This document shows, piece by piece, positions 29,900 to 43,500 of a DNA stretch of 64,000 nucleotides. Under the pieces are notes generated by a model. It saw nothing but the letters and a program-made list of their open reading frames with translations, was not told where the DNA came from and did not search any database. Source of the stretch: Octopus bimaculoides (lineage: Eukaryota); assembly GCF_001194135.2 (NCBI RefSeq), contig NC_068981.1, positions 75,347,994 through 75,411,993 on the forward strand, written 5' to 3'. Numbering within the stretch: the first letter of the stretch is position 1; each line of letters begins with the position of its first letter. The position numbers and the translations under genes are program-made.

Positions 29900-31850
29900 A
29901 ATGTATACAATTTTTTCTACCAGCAGCCTAGTATGTATACAAAGTCAATAGACATATTTTTCATTTATAATTAGTGTATATTTATACACAAAGCGGCAAG
30001 CCTTTAACAGATTGTCTAACATACTAGAAAGAACAGTCAAAGAGTCCAAACCACAGTTAAGAGCAATTCCGAAGAGAATGAAAAATAAAGACATTTACCA
30101 TAGTTTACAATCGGTCCTCAGGTTTCGAACTTTAACTAGCAAATAAAATAATTTGTAAGGCGAAGTTCTCATCAGCGGATACGCCAAAACATTAATATAT
30201 AAATTAGAGACCAAATAACACCTGTCTCATCCTTATTTATTATAATTTTTTCAAATTCACCGCGCAACCGGAGTTTCAATCGGCAGCAAATAAAAATTCC
30301 GATTAAAACTTCAGAAAAATTGCTAAAATCATTTCTTAAATTTATATAGTGTAGGAAAAAATTATAGACGTTTTTTCCACTAGTAGCCTAGTATGTATAC
30401 AAATTATTTTGTTTGTTAATTAAAGTTCGAAACCCGAGGTCCGGCTGTAAAACATGGTAAATGTTTTTATTTTTCATTCCCTTCGAAATTGCNNNNNNNN
30501 NNNNNNNNNNNNNNNNNNNNNNNNNNNNNNNNNNNNNNNNNNNNNNNNNNNNNNNNNNNNNNNNNNNNNNNNNNNNNNNNNNNNNNNNNNNNNNNNNNNN
30601 NNNNNNNNNNNNNNNNNNNNNNNNNNNNNNNNNNNNNNNNNNNNNNNNNNNNNNNNNNNNNNNNNNNNNNNNNNNNNNNNNNNNNNNNNNNNNNNNNNNN
30701 NNNNNNNNNNNNNNNNNNNNNNNNNNNNNNNNNNNNNNNNNNNNNNNNNNNNNNNNNNNNNNNNNNNNNNNNNNNNNNNNNNNNNNNATATATATACGTA
30801 TGCATACATATATGTATGCATAAATTTCATTGACAGGTACCTAATGGTTTAAAATATGACAATAACAAATTACATAAGTCGTTATACTATATTTTAAAGT
30901 TCTCCAGTGTAGAGATCTCATGGAAACGTTTTATTTATTTATGAATTCAAATTGATTTGCAAAATTTCCGAGGGCAAAAATAAAAAAAAGACTAATAATT
31001 GCTTCAAATGGAACAAAAAAATCTTTTATCATTATCATAATATTTTTCTATAAACAAAGCTTTCATTTAATGTTATGCTCGAGGGTTATTAAACGTAGGT
31101 TGTGAGTGGTTGTATTTCTTTCATTAGTTCAGTCTAGATGTATGCATTATACCCATGGTCATAACAGCTCTCTAGTAGGTGACGTCGATGCAATTAATGT
31201 TCTTCTTAGTGGTTAGTACAAGGTGTTTTGAAGTGTACATAATATATTGTATGCAAGAAAAAGAGATGATTGAGTCGGAAATTACTAAATGAAGACTACC
31301 TGGAGGAAGTCGGCTATAATTTGCAGGATTCTCTGCAGTAAAGAGATAAAAAGCAGAGTGACATGACAGTATAAATATCTGGCAGGGATTGCTGTGTATT
31401 TGTGAACAACGTCAAAATAAAAAAAGAAAATAATTAGGAGATATTACTTCCCACTCAGCGAAAATTATCTTATATTGTAGCACCACAACCCTCTCAGAAG
31501 TACATCATAGTAGGTCTCTTAATTCAGTTTAATGTATTACTTTCCTACTGTTATTCGTAAGGCATTTATAAAATCTGAGAGTGAAAACTGGATACTATAT
31601 GACAATCTTTGATATTTTGTAATAAATATATCTCTACCAATGCCATTTCTAGAGAGGTTTTAAACATAACAGGCAAACCTCCGGAAAATGACACAAAACA
31701 TTGAGAGGCACATTCAGTAATGTAGTCGTGGATACATTATACCTTACAAAAATGGTAGGTGGAATGATATCGTCTGCAGCGCTAACAGTGCAGACAAGAG
31801 CAATAAGGATAAATAAAACACGATAAGTGACAATAAAAATATTTGAATGG
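29900..31850 (-). pseudogene. Decayed TLR-like remnant 8 (signal peptide and LRRs); may be the 5' part of remnant 7
   Basis: ORF 31649-31915: VLFILIALVCTVSA...LLNVPLNV (signal peptide + LRRNT-like). RLPPGS (about 31300) and SLFLAYNILCTL (about 31230-31265). Confidence 0.5.
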
Positions 31851-32663
31851 AAAGCAAGTTTCACTCTCCCAGTGTATGCCTTGTTGTCTCGGTCATTACT
31901 GATGTAACTTAACATATTTGTTTGGTTGTATTTGCCTTCTAGGAAGTCGCCTACGTTAGTGGTGCAAATGACGATGAGATAAAAATAAAAGGTGAATTCA
32001 GTTTTGCACTTTTAATGATAGGATTTCAATAAATCTCAACAGACTGAGAAGTTAGCATTTAAAAATGCAACAGTTTCAATACGCGTTTTAGTAAAATAAC
32101 TCAGTATTTTGCTACATATGTATTTATGATTTTTAGTTGAAACAAAATCTGGAAATAACAGAAAATAGAACAGAAGAATAAAAATAGAACACCCAGTGTT
32201 ATGAAACGCAACAGAATTTAAAAAAATTCCGGGAAAGCATAAAAAGCATATAAATTTGTTAAACAATTGTTATAGCTGTAGTTCAAATATGAAATATGGA
32301 AGGGTACAATGAAAAGGAAGAGGTGATCAGAAATATTACATTAAATTTGAATATCTTGAATTTATAAGAATAACATATGAAAACGGGAGGCATAGAACTG
32401 AAACGATATCAACAGATGAAAAATAATATATTATACAACAAGAGATATGAACTTGTGAATTTTATAGAAAAAAATTCCGTGTAGTATCAAAAGTGTTTTA
32501 TTGGAATGTATATTATGTATACATATATGCACGCATAAACTTACATTGAGATACACAAATGATAACTCACACGCAGATATACATGGTCTGTGTGTGTGGG
32601 GGGGGGGGGGGNNNNNNNNNNGTGAAAAATACGTACCTGCTTACATACATACATACACACACA

Positions 32664-32702
<39 letters not shown>

Positions 32703-33479
32703 TAGAGAGTTTGAGGGAAGGAAGAACGAAAGAAATAAGTGAACATAGTAAGGCATGAATATAATAATATGAATAAATAGGCAAAGAGTTCTAACACATA
32801 TCAGTAGACATAAATCGTATGCCTGCATACTATCAGTGTCTGCATTCCTTTGTGTTTAGGTAAATTTATGCATTAAAAGGTATATTACTTATACTAACGC
32901 ATGTACATATATGAATAAATATGTTATATTTAGATGCGCACACTAAAAAAAACACACCCACACATATTTACATATTTACATATGTAAGTATACACGTATG
33001 TATAATATATGTATACATGCATATATGTATGTATACATTATGCATGTATGCACTCATATATGTATTATGTATGTATGTTTGTATGCATATATGTAATCAT
33101 ATATATACATACATATATCTATAAACGATGCTAAGAAATAGTTAGAGAGCTAGATAGATATGAGGTAGATAATCTGCTTCATGTAATATCAAATTTTAGT
33201 ATATTAAACTGCTATGAAACGCTAAATATTAAAACAATTTACTAAAATGAAGCAAAAATGATCCATCGCTATTTCATCCTTGTTCTGCAACAGCAAATGT
33301 CAAATACGTTCTTCTAAAGAAAACAAAGCGAAATGCAACATGAAAATAAAAGAGAAACGATTACGAAAAATACCATTCACATTTTATCTCAGAGCATTTA
33401 ACAAATTTTGATATTTTGTGCATTTGGTGATAGTATAGGAAAGCAATTTTTTCGTGTTTTGTTGCACTGAATCATTTAT

Positions 33480-33488
33480 CATACATAC

Positions 33489-33534
<46 letters not shown>

Positions 33535-34131
33535 GTGTGTGTGTGTGTGCGCGCGCGTGCGTGTGCGTGTGCGTGCGTGTGTGTGAATGTTTGTGTGTGT
33601 GTATGTTTATATATATATATGTATACATATTTATATATACATATATATACACACATGCACATGTACATACGTATATGCATACATTATGAAATACATGCAG
33701 ATGCACTCATGCGCACCAACCAATATATATACATATGTATATATACATACATATATATACATATATATATATACATATGTATATATATATATATATATGT
33801 ATATATATGTATATATATATGTATATGTATGTATGTATATATATATACATATATATACATATATATATACATATATATACATATATATATATACATATAT
33901 ATACACATATGCACATGTACATACGTATATGCACACATTATAAAATACATGCAGATGTACAGATGCGCACAAATACATATGCACTAACGCATATACACAC
34001 ACGCTCACATATAGTCTCACAATAGTGTAAGTTTATAGACATAATATGACACAAATTATATATTCATACCAAGCAGATCCTTTACTGAGTTATACCTCAA
34101 AGTTTCTCTACATGCATGCAGTCATACTTAC

Positions 34132-34167
<36 letters not shown>

Positions 34168-34500
34168 TTGTGTGTTTGCTTGTGTGAGCACATGTGTGTT
34201 TATTTGTCTTTCTATTCTTTCAACACAAATTTGGGCTTGTTTTCGTCCTAAAAATTAGCGATTACCCAGCGAACAAGTACCAGGATTTTATATAGATATG
34301 TATATATATATGTACATGTGTATATGTACATACGTGTGCATATATATATATATACGTATGTGTGTGCATGTGTGTGCGTGTGTGGATGCATGTGCGTGGG
34401 TGGGTGCGTGTGCGTGTGTGGGTGCGCGTGCGTGTATGTTTGAGTGTGTGTGTTTGTATGTGTTCGTGTGTACGTATGTATATGTATGTGTAACGAACTG
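33480..34500. repeat. Long compound (TG)n/(TA)n/(TATG)n low-complexity region with internal duplication
   Basis: catgcacatgtacatacgtatatgca..cattat..aaatacatgcagatg occurs at about 33654 and about 33908 amid TA-rich repeats. Confidence 0.85.
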
Positions 34501-34849
34501 AATCAAATTTGAGATCCTGCGTATATTCTTTAGTTATTGGTAGTTATATATTGTATGTTTGTAAAAAATGTTTTGTTTCTCATTTTTTATTCATTTACAT
34601 CCATTTGAAAAGCGACTATCTGTCGTTCTACAAAATTTATTGTTACTCTATTCTTATAATCTCTAATTCTAACGCTTTTCTTTTCACTGAATATTTTTGA
34701 CAGTGTCTTTTTTTTTACTGTCTGTTGCAGGAAATTTATTTATAAATGTTTAATATAGTTATACAAAAAAATCCCACATTTAACTGTGAGAATATTAATA
34801 GAATTTTCTATTACAGTTCGTTGTGTCTTTTCAATATTTCGTGACTTTT

Positions 34850-36043
34850 AATAAAAATTCTTATAACATAAAAGAAAAACACATTTGCTTAAATCGAGAT
34901 TCCGTTAGTGCACAATACCTCTCAGACACATAATCGCTCGTTCTTTCATCAATATGTTGGGAGAGTTTCAGAAAGAAAAAAAAAACAACTTCGTTGTATT
35001 TTATTACCTTCTTTTTATGCTGTCAGCGTAGATATCACCTTTTTGCACTTTCATATTTTTAACTCGTATTTGGTCAGTAAGCTAAATTACCAGTTGATCG
35101 AATGTTTCTCATTGTGACTTATGGAATATATTGGAAGTATTATCTCTTCTGGCGATAGATAACAAGGTCTGTGCTTTTAAAAATAGTTATGTTTTGATTT
35201 TGCTGCCTAACAGCTGATGTAAATATAGATACTTCTAGATCTGACTCACAGAAATATTGCAGTAACCAAAGCAGACAATCACCAAAAAAAAAAAAAAAAA
35301 AAAAAAAAAAATGCAGAATATGTTGGTGAACCTACACAAAAAAATCTCCCGGGAAAATTAACGACACAACTTCAGAAAAGTGTTGCATAATATACAAAAG
35401 CTCGACAAGGGCAGCAACAGTTGGCATGGGCATACTTCGTTTGTCTTAAACATTAGTAATATATATTTTGTTCACCGACAACAATATTTTACTGAATCCG
35501 CGGTGAGAATGATGGGAATTTTCTCCGTTTTGCAAAAGTCACAGGAGCTTTCCTTGTTCCATCCAAAGAGGATTTGGAAAGAGATGTTGCTGAAACTTTA
35601 AGTAAAACATACTTCTCTAGGATAAGTGATAAATCCTTCATTCACTGTATTTTGGATGCATATGTACAAATATTTTATTGTTAATATCTGTTATTTGCTT
35701 CTTTGTCCAGCTACTCAAAGCACGCTAGAGCGGTTGGATACGTCGGTTTTTGTCAATTTGGGGCTAAATTTTGAAGAAATTCTGAATACATTTTGTTACT
35801 AAAACGATTAATTTAAAAGAAGGCCGCATGTTCGACAGCCCGTTAGCCCGTTAGCTCGGTGTCAGGAGAAATAGGATTTTACCTTCAGAATGTGTGAGAA
35901 ACGCCTCTAAATATCTCCCTTTGTGTGTATTGTTGAGAAATTTTTCTCTCAGAAACTACAAATATTCAAAAGTTGTTCTACGATGAGGAGGTGGAGCATG
36001 AACAAAAAGAGCGTCAACAGCGACGAGAACAACAACAACAATG

Positions 36044-36113
<70 letters not shown>

Positions 36114-38200
36114 AACGCCAAGCACATACAACAACAAGGTTAAACTCTACCATCGCCACCGCAACAACAAGTCGTGGTGACAATAGATTTACCAATATCG
36201 ACAGCAGCAGTATCACTATTAATGAGCGATCACTATTTTCACTACCACTTCCTCCATTGCTACCAGGCTGCCATCATAGTATCTAATGACGATGGCGATG
36301 ACAATGCCAACGACTGTAAAAACAATAACAACATTCATGACATAAGCAAGGAAACCAGTGAATAGCGTAAACGAAATCACTACCATCACCACATCATGCT
36401 ATGACAACCAAGGGCGATAGAACAATGCTATTTCAACTATTACTATTGCTAGCAATGCAATCACCACTACCGCTACCAAACTGACTTCAAAAAATCATGG
36501 CAACACCAGTACCACAAAGAGAAAATCTTTCGCAGGTGTGACTACAAATCTTATTCATGTTTCTAGAGCAAACAAGAGTACACGTCGAAAAATATTAAAC
36601 AGCGAGAAAAAATAGACGTGCAAAGTACTGCATTATAAGAGCCCCTAGAAACCCTGAAAAAAACATCCTGTCAAATAATAATTTACAACGATATCTCGGT
36701 CCAAAACTGATGCATGAATATCAGAAACTCAAGTGGTAAGTATTTGTATTCTGTTCGAATTTGGACACGGAAGAATCTTGGATAATGTCCCCGCATATGT
36801 GGGCTATGTCAGCGCAATGGTGTCGGACAACAGGAAAATCGAGGCGACCAACATTATTCAAAAGCAATGAGACGCAATAACAGAAGCAATAATTAACCAC
36901 AGTAAGTTTTTTTCCTTTGGCAGCTTCCTACTCAGAGAAACAATTCGATGCCTTCAAACAGAGTCGTAGAGTTCTGGACGGACAAACCTGTTAAATCATT
37001 TGGATTCTGACTCGATACAGATCTCTATCTGAGTAAGAAATTGGGTCATGTTAGGAGGAAAGTGGCTAGTCTCACCTACAAATATATTGGAAAGTAAGTA
37101 TCCTGAAAAGACTAACAGTGTTGGCAGATGCATATGCTACTTCCCTTATATATTACTGTCAGACACCGCAACTTTCCTCTGGTTTCACGAGAGTGAAGCG
37201 TCTGCCCTTTCGCTAATTGTGATAGGAATGCGTTTCGTTGCTCAGGAGGTCCATCTGTTAACAACATCCTATGCATAGAAGGCTTAGTACACCGTAGATG
37301 CTAATGGCCGAACATACGCTGAGATTCTGACATCGACAAATGCTTCTTTACGGTGAGTATGTGTCATCCTCCTTCCCCAGCTCGTCTCCTTCACATAACT
37401 GCAAACCTGCCTCAAGTGGAAACTAAAACTGAGTGCTTAGCATCAAAGATATTATCAGGAGCTGAGAGCCTTTAACCAGCTGGTCAATGTCGTCTGTGCA
37501 ACATTTAATATTCCATAGGGACTAGTGGCAGGGAAGCGTGTCAACGTTCTTGTATCCATGAGTTTGAAGTAGTCTGTCCGTTCCGGCGAACTTTCGGTGC
37601 AGGACCAATTGATATATTCTAGAAATCCCTGATGTGGTATTGTTACAGGGCTGAGTAACCATTATTGTTTCAAAACAAAATCTACAGGTCGAAAAATGTG
37701 AGTCAGTCCTGTTCAAAGCATGCGCAGCGTGACGAAATCGTACTGCATTCATTCGTTCACTGTTCGAGCATTGTTGATCAATGGACTTTTGACGAACAGC
37801 CCACACGCTTCCTTCGGCCAGTTAAGGTGGCAGTTTTCCTCTTGTGACAATGTTAAAAGTGTCTGTATGATGGTGAGAAACATCCACTTTGGCGTGTTCC
37901 TCAGTAATACGTTGAAGTCTTCTCTTGGAAACGAAGGTAATTATAGAAAGAATTGTTTTGTTCCTCAGTGAATCTTCAATATAATAGCTGCACTCTCGGG
38001 TCAAATAAACTCATCTTGTCTCATGTTTTTACAAGCCGTGAAATGGTGGGAGTAAAAGGGTGGATTTTCTTGATAGCCATCGTCCGTATTGACGAATTTT
38101 GCTTGTTGAAATTCTGAAGGTTTTCTATTTATCTATCTTTTATTATCGCATTTTCAATGACCTCTGCAAAACCCTCACTATCTCTGAATCTGTCATTTTA
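34850..38200 (-). pseudogene. Decayed TLR-like remnant 9 (LRRs - LRRCT - TIR)
   Basis: LRR-like KVDVSHH (ORF 37822-38004) and RKFAGTDRLLQTHGYKN (ORF 37522-37806); ANCCCPCRAF (about 35410). TIR-like SISHNEKHSINW*FSLLTKYELK, GDIYADSI and IQRSCFFFLSE (34950-35135). Confidence 0.55.
36043..36108. repeat. (CTA)n microsatellite
   Basis: Directly visible. Confidence 0.95.
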
Positions 38201-38269
38201 TATATATTTAAACAAGTCTATAAATTATATATCTGTTTACTTTGAACTCTTTCAGATGAGGAATTATTC

Positions 38270-38280
38270 TTGTTGTTGCT

Positions 38281-38328
<48 letters not shown>

Positions 38329-38397
38329 CTTCTTCTTCTTCTTCTTCTTCTTCTTCTTCTTCTTCTTCTTCTTCTTCTTCTTCTTGCATTTCTTCGT

Positions 38398-38435
<38 letters not shown>

Positions 38436-38447
38436 CATCATCATTAT
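38270..38447. repeat. Compound (TGT)n-(TCT)n-(TAT)n microsatellite
   Basis: Directly visible. Confidence 0.95.
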
Positions 38448-38448
38448 G

Positions 38449-38660
38449 AAGGTGGTGAGCTGGAAACATTGGTAGCACGCCAAGTGTTAGCGGCATTTCG
38501 CTCGTCTTTATGTTCTGAGTTCAAATTCCGCCGAGGTCGACTTTGTCTTTCATGCTTTCGGGTCGATAACATAAGTACCTGTTGAGCACTGGAGGTCGAT
38601 GTAATCGACTAGTCCCTTTCCCCGAAATTTCAGGCCTTGTCCCTATAGTAGAAAAGATTA
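38449..38660 (+). mobile_element. SINE family B, near-complete copy
   Basis: ggtggtgagctgg...gttcaaattccgccgaggtcgactttg (B-box-like GTTCAAATT)...aatttcaggccttgtccctatagtagaaaagattatt. Confidence 0.85.
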
Positions 38661-38709
38661 TTAAGTCCGCCTTAGTGAAGGTGCAAGTATTGTTTCAGTC
38701 GTCTTTGTT

Positions 38710-39700
38710 TGTTGTGGAAGGAAGACCGCCTGTATGCTTTCTATGTGAAGTAAGGGTACACATGAAAGCTAAGTGTCCCCAGAAACAGGAAGAGGAGGAG
38801 ACCGAGCAGGAATATCAGGAAGAAGAGGGTGCAACCGTAGAGGAGGAAAAACGGAAGACCAGTACACAGTGGTAAAAAGGAAGAAAAGTAATACAGACTT
38901 ACCACCAAAGAGTCCTAGGAAGAAAAGAAAGGTAAGTGGAGAGGAGATGCAGAGTGAAAAACAAGAGAGTACGAGTGAGAAGAGAAACAATGAAAGGTCA
39001 ACAAATGTAAGGAGGAACGAACGCAGTGACCATCAACTAGCAAGGCGGAAAGAGTACAGAAGAGAAGGGAAAATGAAAGAGAGATGATAGCAACACAGAA
39101 TGAGAGACATACAGAGATAGAAATGCCAGCGGCAGAGGAGGGGATTGGTGAGGAGAGAAGGTTAGTGACACCAAAAAGGAAAAACCCGAGAACAATGGTG
39201 CAATACACAAAAAGTGTAGAGACAGAGAAAAGGATTGCGAAGATGAAGAACGTTATCAGAGTGAAATTAGCGGCCAAAGAGAATAATGAAGGTTTGAAAG
39301 CTGTTTTGCTAGAAAACGAAAGAGGAGATAGGTTGAAGGAATTGTTTGGTGAAAGAATAGAGTTGATAAGGATACTTATTTGTTATGACGAATTGCCGCC
39401 GGTAGTGGCCTTCGAAGATTTAATAGAGTATATTTTATAAATAGTGACTTTGTGTTTAAAAAGAAAAAAGGAAACCAACAGATGCAAGACAATATGTTGA
39501 ACTGTTAAGTAATACTTTATTTAAAAACAGTAAATGAAACTACTTGCTTGTGGGGGCAAGTAAGTCATTCCATCCTCATTTTTTCATTATACCCATAATT
39601 TCATTCGATATGTGTTTTTATGTACCCCATTGTATTGTTTTGTCTGTTTTTGTGCTGTCCCTTCTTTATAGAGGCTTTGTGCCCAATAAAAGAAATCAAT
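38710..39700 (+). mobile_element. ORF1-only L1/Tx1-related element, 5'-truncated copy
   Basis: VVEGRPPVCFLCEVRVHMKAKCPQK (zinc knuckle), Lys/Glu-rich linker, conserved C-terminal domain ending YDELPPVVAFEDLIEYIL*, then an approx. 250-nt 3' UTR with aataaa (about 39685). Confidence 0.8.
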
Positions 39701-40140
39701 GGAAGTGTCAGCAATAACGGTTAATATGGAGGAGGCGAGAAAGAGTGAGAAACTGAGGGAAAAGGAAGGAGACACATCAAGTTAGTGCCTCCGCAAAAGA
39801 CAATGAAGGAGAAGGAGGAGAGGACGGTGGTGTATCGCACGCTGGCGGTCGCCACCAATAAAATTGACAAACTGGACGAATAGGATATTGAGGAGTGTCT
39901 GGCGACAGTAGCAGCAGGGTTTATTGGCAGAGGTAGAAAGTTCGGTTCGGTGGAGGTAAGGTTTGCCACCAGGGATGGGGAGGCCTCATATGCCACCAAC
40001 ATCCTGAAGACGAACAAAGCTGTGGTGTTGCCCTCTACCAAGGGAAGAAGTGTGAGAGTGAAGATCCCAAGTGTGCCACCAGAAATTAGGGCCGAGTGGT
40101 TGGTTGCAGCCGTTTTGGCGGCAACCGAAGACGGCCCTGA
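39700..40140 (+). mobile_element. 5' fragment of a divergent ORF1-like subfamily (RRM region)
   Basis: YRTLAV...RGRKFGSVEVRF...VRVKIPSVPPEIRAEWLVAAVL aligns with YKTLSL...RGKKYGTVEVRF...VRIGRVPPEIGEARLVAAIL of the next copy. Confidence 0.75.
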
Positions 40141-41735
40141 ACCGGGTCAAGTACTAGTGAGAAACAAGAAAAACTAGTGACAAGAGAAACTAATGACAAG
40201 CAAGAGAACTAAACGAAATAATTCCAAGAAATATAACGAATTATTGAGAAACGAAGGGGACAGCCTGAGGCTGACGCCGCCTAAAGAAGTTATAGAAAAA
40301 CTGAGACAAATACAATTATATATAAAACGCTGTCACTTACGACAAAAAAGAGGAAATAGCAGCAGTGGAGGTGGTTGAAGAAAGCTTAAAAGAGGTTAAA
40401 GAGCTAATGACATTCTATACCAGAGGAAAGAAATACGGCACAGTTGAGGTACGCTTCATGAGTGAAGAAGAAGCGATAAAACACTCCACTGTGCGTTTGA
40501 GTTCAACTGAGTGGGTGCTACTACCAACCTACTGTGGCAAACATGCGGCCAGAGTAAGGATTGGTAGAGTGCCCCCAGAAATTGGTGAGGCGAGGCTGGT
40601 GGCAGCCATCCTCTATAACACAGAGAACGGCATTCAAATTTTGAAGATTACAAGAACTACGATGGTGAAACTGTTGGGGATATGGACTGGAGGTATCATT
40701 TCATATAAACTTACCAGATCTCCACAAAATTGCAGAAGAAATGGTACTACCAGACGAGACGAGGTTGAGAATTGTAGTGGAAGGAAGACTCCCCCCCCCG
40801 TATGCTATCTATGTGGAGTAAAAGGACACATGAAAGCTAAGTGTCCCCAGAAACACGAAAAGGAGGAGACAGAGAAGGAACATCAAGAAGAAGAGGGTTT
40901 AACCGTCGTGGAGGAAAAATGGAAGAACAGTATACAGTGGTAAATAGGAAGAAAAGTAACACAAACTTACCACCAAAGACTCCTAGGAAGAAAAGAAAGG
41001 CAAGTGGAGAGGAGACGCAGAGTGGAAAACAGGAAAAAACGAACGAGCAGAGAAACAATGAAAGGTCAACAAATGTAAATGAGGAGCGAACGCAGAGACC
41101 GTTACCATCATTTAGTAAGCAGGAGAAAATACAGAAGAAAAAGGAAAATGAAAGAAAGAATGAGAGACATACAGAGATAGGAATACCAGTAACAGAAGAA
41201 GAGATTGGTGAAAGAAAACAGAGACTGACACCAAAAGGCAAAAATCTAAGACATATGATACGATACATAAAAAGTGTAGAGATAGAAAAGAAGATTGCAA
41301 AGATGAAGAGCGTAATTAGGTTTAAATTGGCACCTAAGAAGACCAATGAAGACATGAAAGCTGTTCTGCTTGAAAGAGAAAGAGGAGAAAGATTGAAGGA
41401 GTTGTTTGGGGAAAGGCTAGATGCGACAATGGTACAGTTTCGTTATGATGAGCTGGCGCCGGTGGTGGCATTTGAAGATTTATTGGAATATATGGTCTAA
41501 ATAGTGATTTTGTGTTTAAACAAAAAAGGAAAACCAACAGATGCAAGACAGGATGTTGAACTGTTAAGTAAAATTTTATTTAAAAACACTAAAATGAAAC
41601 TACCTGTTTGTGGGACAGGTAAGTTATTCCATCCTCATTTTTTTATTGTACCCATAATTTCATTCGATATGTGTTAAGATGGGACTACACAAAAACATCT
41701 TTATAGAGGCCTTGTGCCTAATAAAAGAAATCAGG
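40140..41735 (+). mobile_element. ORF1-only L1/Tx1-related element, apparently full-length (approx. 435-codon ORF with about 3-4 frameshifts)
   Basis: ORFs 40193-40378, 40365-40943 and 40841-41500 join into two RRM-like segments, IVVEGR-CYLCGVKGHMKAKC (CCHC), a basic/acidic linker and the C-terminal domain. The stop at 41500 is followed directly by a 3' UTR with aataaa at about 41720; no endonuclease or RT sequence follows. Confidence 0.85.
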
Positions 41736-41771
41736 ACGTTGTTGCCTTGTTGAAGGTTTGCTCTCTTTGAT

Positions 41772-41960
41772 GTGGTTAGCTAGCAGACACGTTAGTGCGT
41801 TCCACAAAATGTGTAGGGAATTTCGTCTGCCTTTACGTTCGGCGTTTTGAGGTCGACATACCCTTCAGCCCCTTGTGGTCGATCAAATATGTTCCTGTTG
41901 AGCAGTGGGTTGAAGTGATAGACAAGCCAGCTATTATACCTATTGTAAAAAGGATTGTTA
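41772..41960 (+). mobile_element. SINE family B, diverged copy
   Basis: gtggttagctagcagacacgttag...gaggtcgac...ggtcgatcaaa...gtaaaaaggattgttatt. Confidence 0.7.
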
Positions 41961-41999
41961 TTGTCTTTTCTCCTTTTTGGAGAAAAAGAACAGCTTAAG

Positions 42000-42450
42000 G
42001 AGGTGGAAGATGTAAAGAGTAGATGTAAAGGCAGACAACTGCTGTATATACACACCAGCTGTGTCTACTTTGCTTGCGGTAGTTCAAAACACTTATATCA
42101 AATTGAACAAGAGATTCGTTCCTTTGCAGCATTACTTAACATGATAAGATCGAGGATCAAGGAACTGAAAAATCGGTGGATACACACTTCTATAGACAAA
42201 TATGCCACACGCAAATACTTAACAATATACATGTATACTCCCACGAATACAAACACAAGTCTGCCTTCAGCATTACAGTTGGCAAGAAGTATTTAGAATC
42301 AGGGTCGACCTTCTCAGGAGACAGAACGATTATTGCTTGACTGAAGAACAAAACTACTTCATACACTCCGCTTAAATCAGAACCTTTAGGCAAAGTAGAA
42401 ATCATCAGAAAAAGATCATGATTGTTTTTTTAGGCTGCATTTGAAGAATG
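42000..42450 (-). pseudogene. LRR fragment, possibly the 5' part of remnant 9 displaced by the 38.3-42.0 kb insertions
   Basis: ORF 42190-42405 begins ISTLPKGSDLSGVYEVVL, resembling IxxLPxGxFxGLxxL. Confidence 0.4.
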
Positions 42451-43339
42451 AATTACATGCAAATGAGGTTTTTTTTTTTTTTTTTTTTTTTGAAAGAAAA
42501 AAGTAGAAACATAATCAGACAGTAGAAATACAAAATTTAGTAGTCTTGAAACAAAAAGAATAGCACCGTCAGCAACGAGAACAAAAGAACATTTACAACA
42601 AAAACAATAACATTGGTGATAGAAGCAACAGGAACGTAAATAGCATTAAAAGTAGCAAGCACACTGAATTCTTAAGTAGCTATCTTCAAAGACCATGTTA
42701 TTGATTTTTTTTTTACTTATTTATTTATTTGTATTCACTTCCAAAATATTTCGAGAAGCATAGAACCCAATATTACATATTGTAATGTTGTTTTTTTGCA
42801 GTAACTATGAGTTCATAATAATTCTGGAAAAGTTTACTATGTGTGTGTGTATGAGTGTGTGTATATATGTATGCATGTATATGTATGTATGTATGCATGC
42901 ATGTATGTATATATATAGAAAATGTTGTCTATGTGGCCTGTGTTTTCTGTACTCTGGTTATTATTATTTTTTGTCTACGTTTTGTTTGCAATGTCCTGTA
43001 CCCAGATATGCACCTATATATACAGGTAGATGTAGGCATGCACTTACTTGTACATATATATGCATATACTCATTTATTATTTGTTTTATATAAATATATA
43101 AATATATGATTCAAAAATTAAAAAAAAGACACAAAGACGTGTCATAGTTTTAAAAAGCAACAAGCAGAGTGTATTAATATGCACAGGGAACACTGAGGAA
43201 GTCCTGCTCAATGCTCTTCTACAGAAAAATAGATGAAAATAGAAAAAAATAGAAAGAATAGATGAAAATAGAAAAAAAGATCAAGAGAAAATAAGACAAA
43301 ACAAACGTATCTGAATTAAACTGTCAGGTCATACTGAAA

Positions 43340-43500
43340 TGACCGAGAGGGGAACAAGTTTGCTTGCGTACAAAATGTCATGTAGTATTATATATTCGAA
43401 GTTCAAATTCTACTGGGTCAACTTTGCTTTTGAACCTTCTAGGGTCAATAAAATACAGTGCTGGTAAAGTACTGTGTTCGGTGTAATCGCGCAACATCTT
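43340..43500 (+). mobile_element. SINE family B, degenerate copy
   Basis: gaagttcaaattctactgggtcaactttgcttttgaaccttctagggtcaataaaata. Confidence 0.5.

Noticed and set aside
37650-37720. GLTHIFRPVD motif resembling the pogo DDE_1 QPLD motif
   Set aside because: A single short motif with no TIRs or other transposase motifs; the neighbouring frames give LRR-like motifs.
38449-38530. tRNA gene suggested by A/B-box-like sequence
   Set aside because: It is the head of a dispersed SINE with a long non-tRNA body; no cloverleaf supported.
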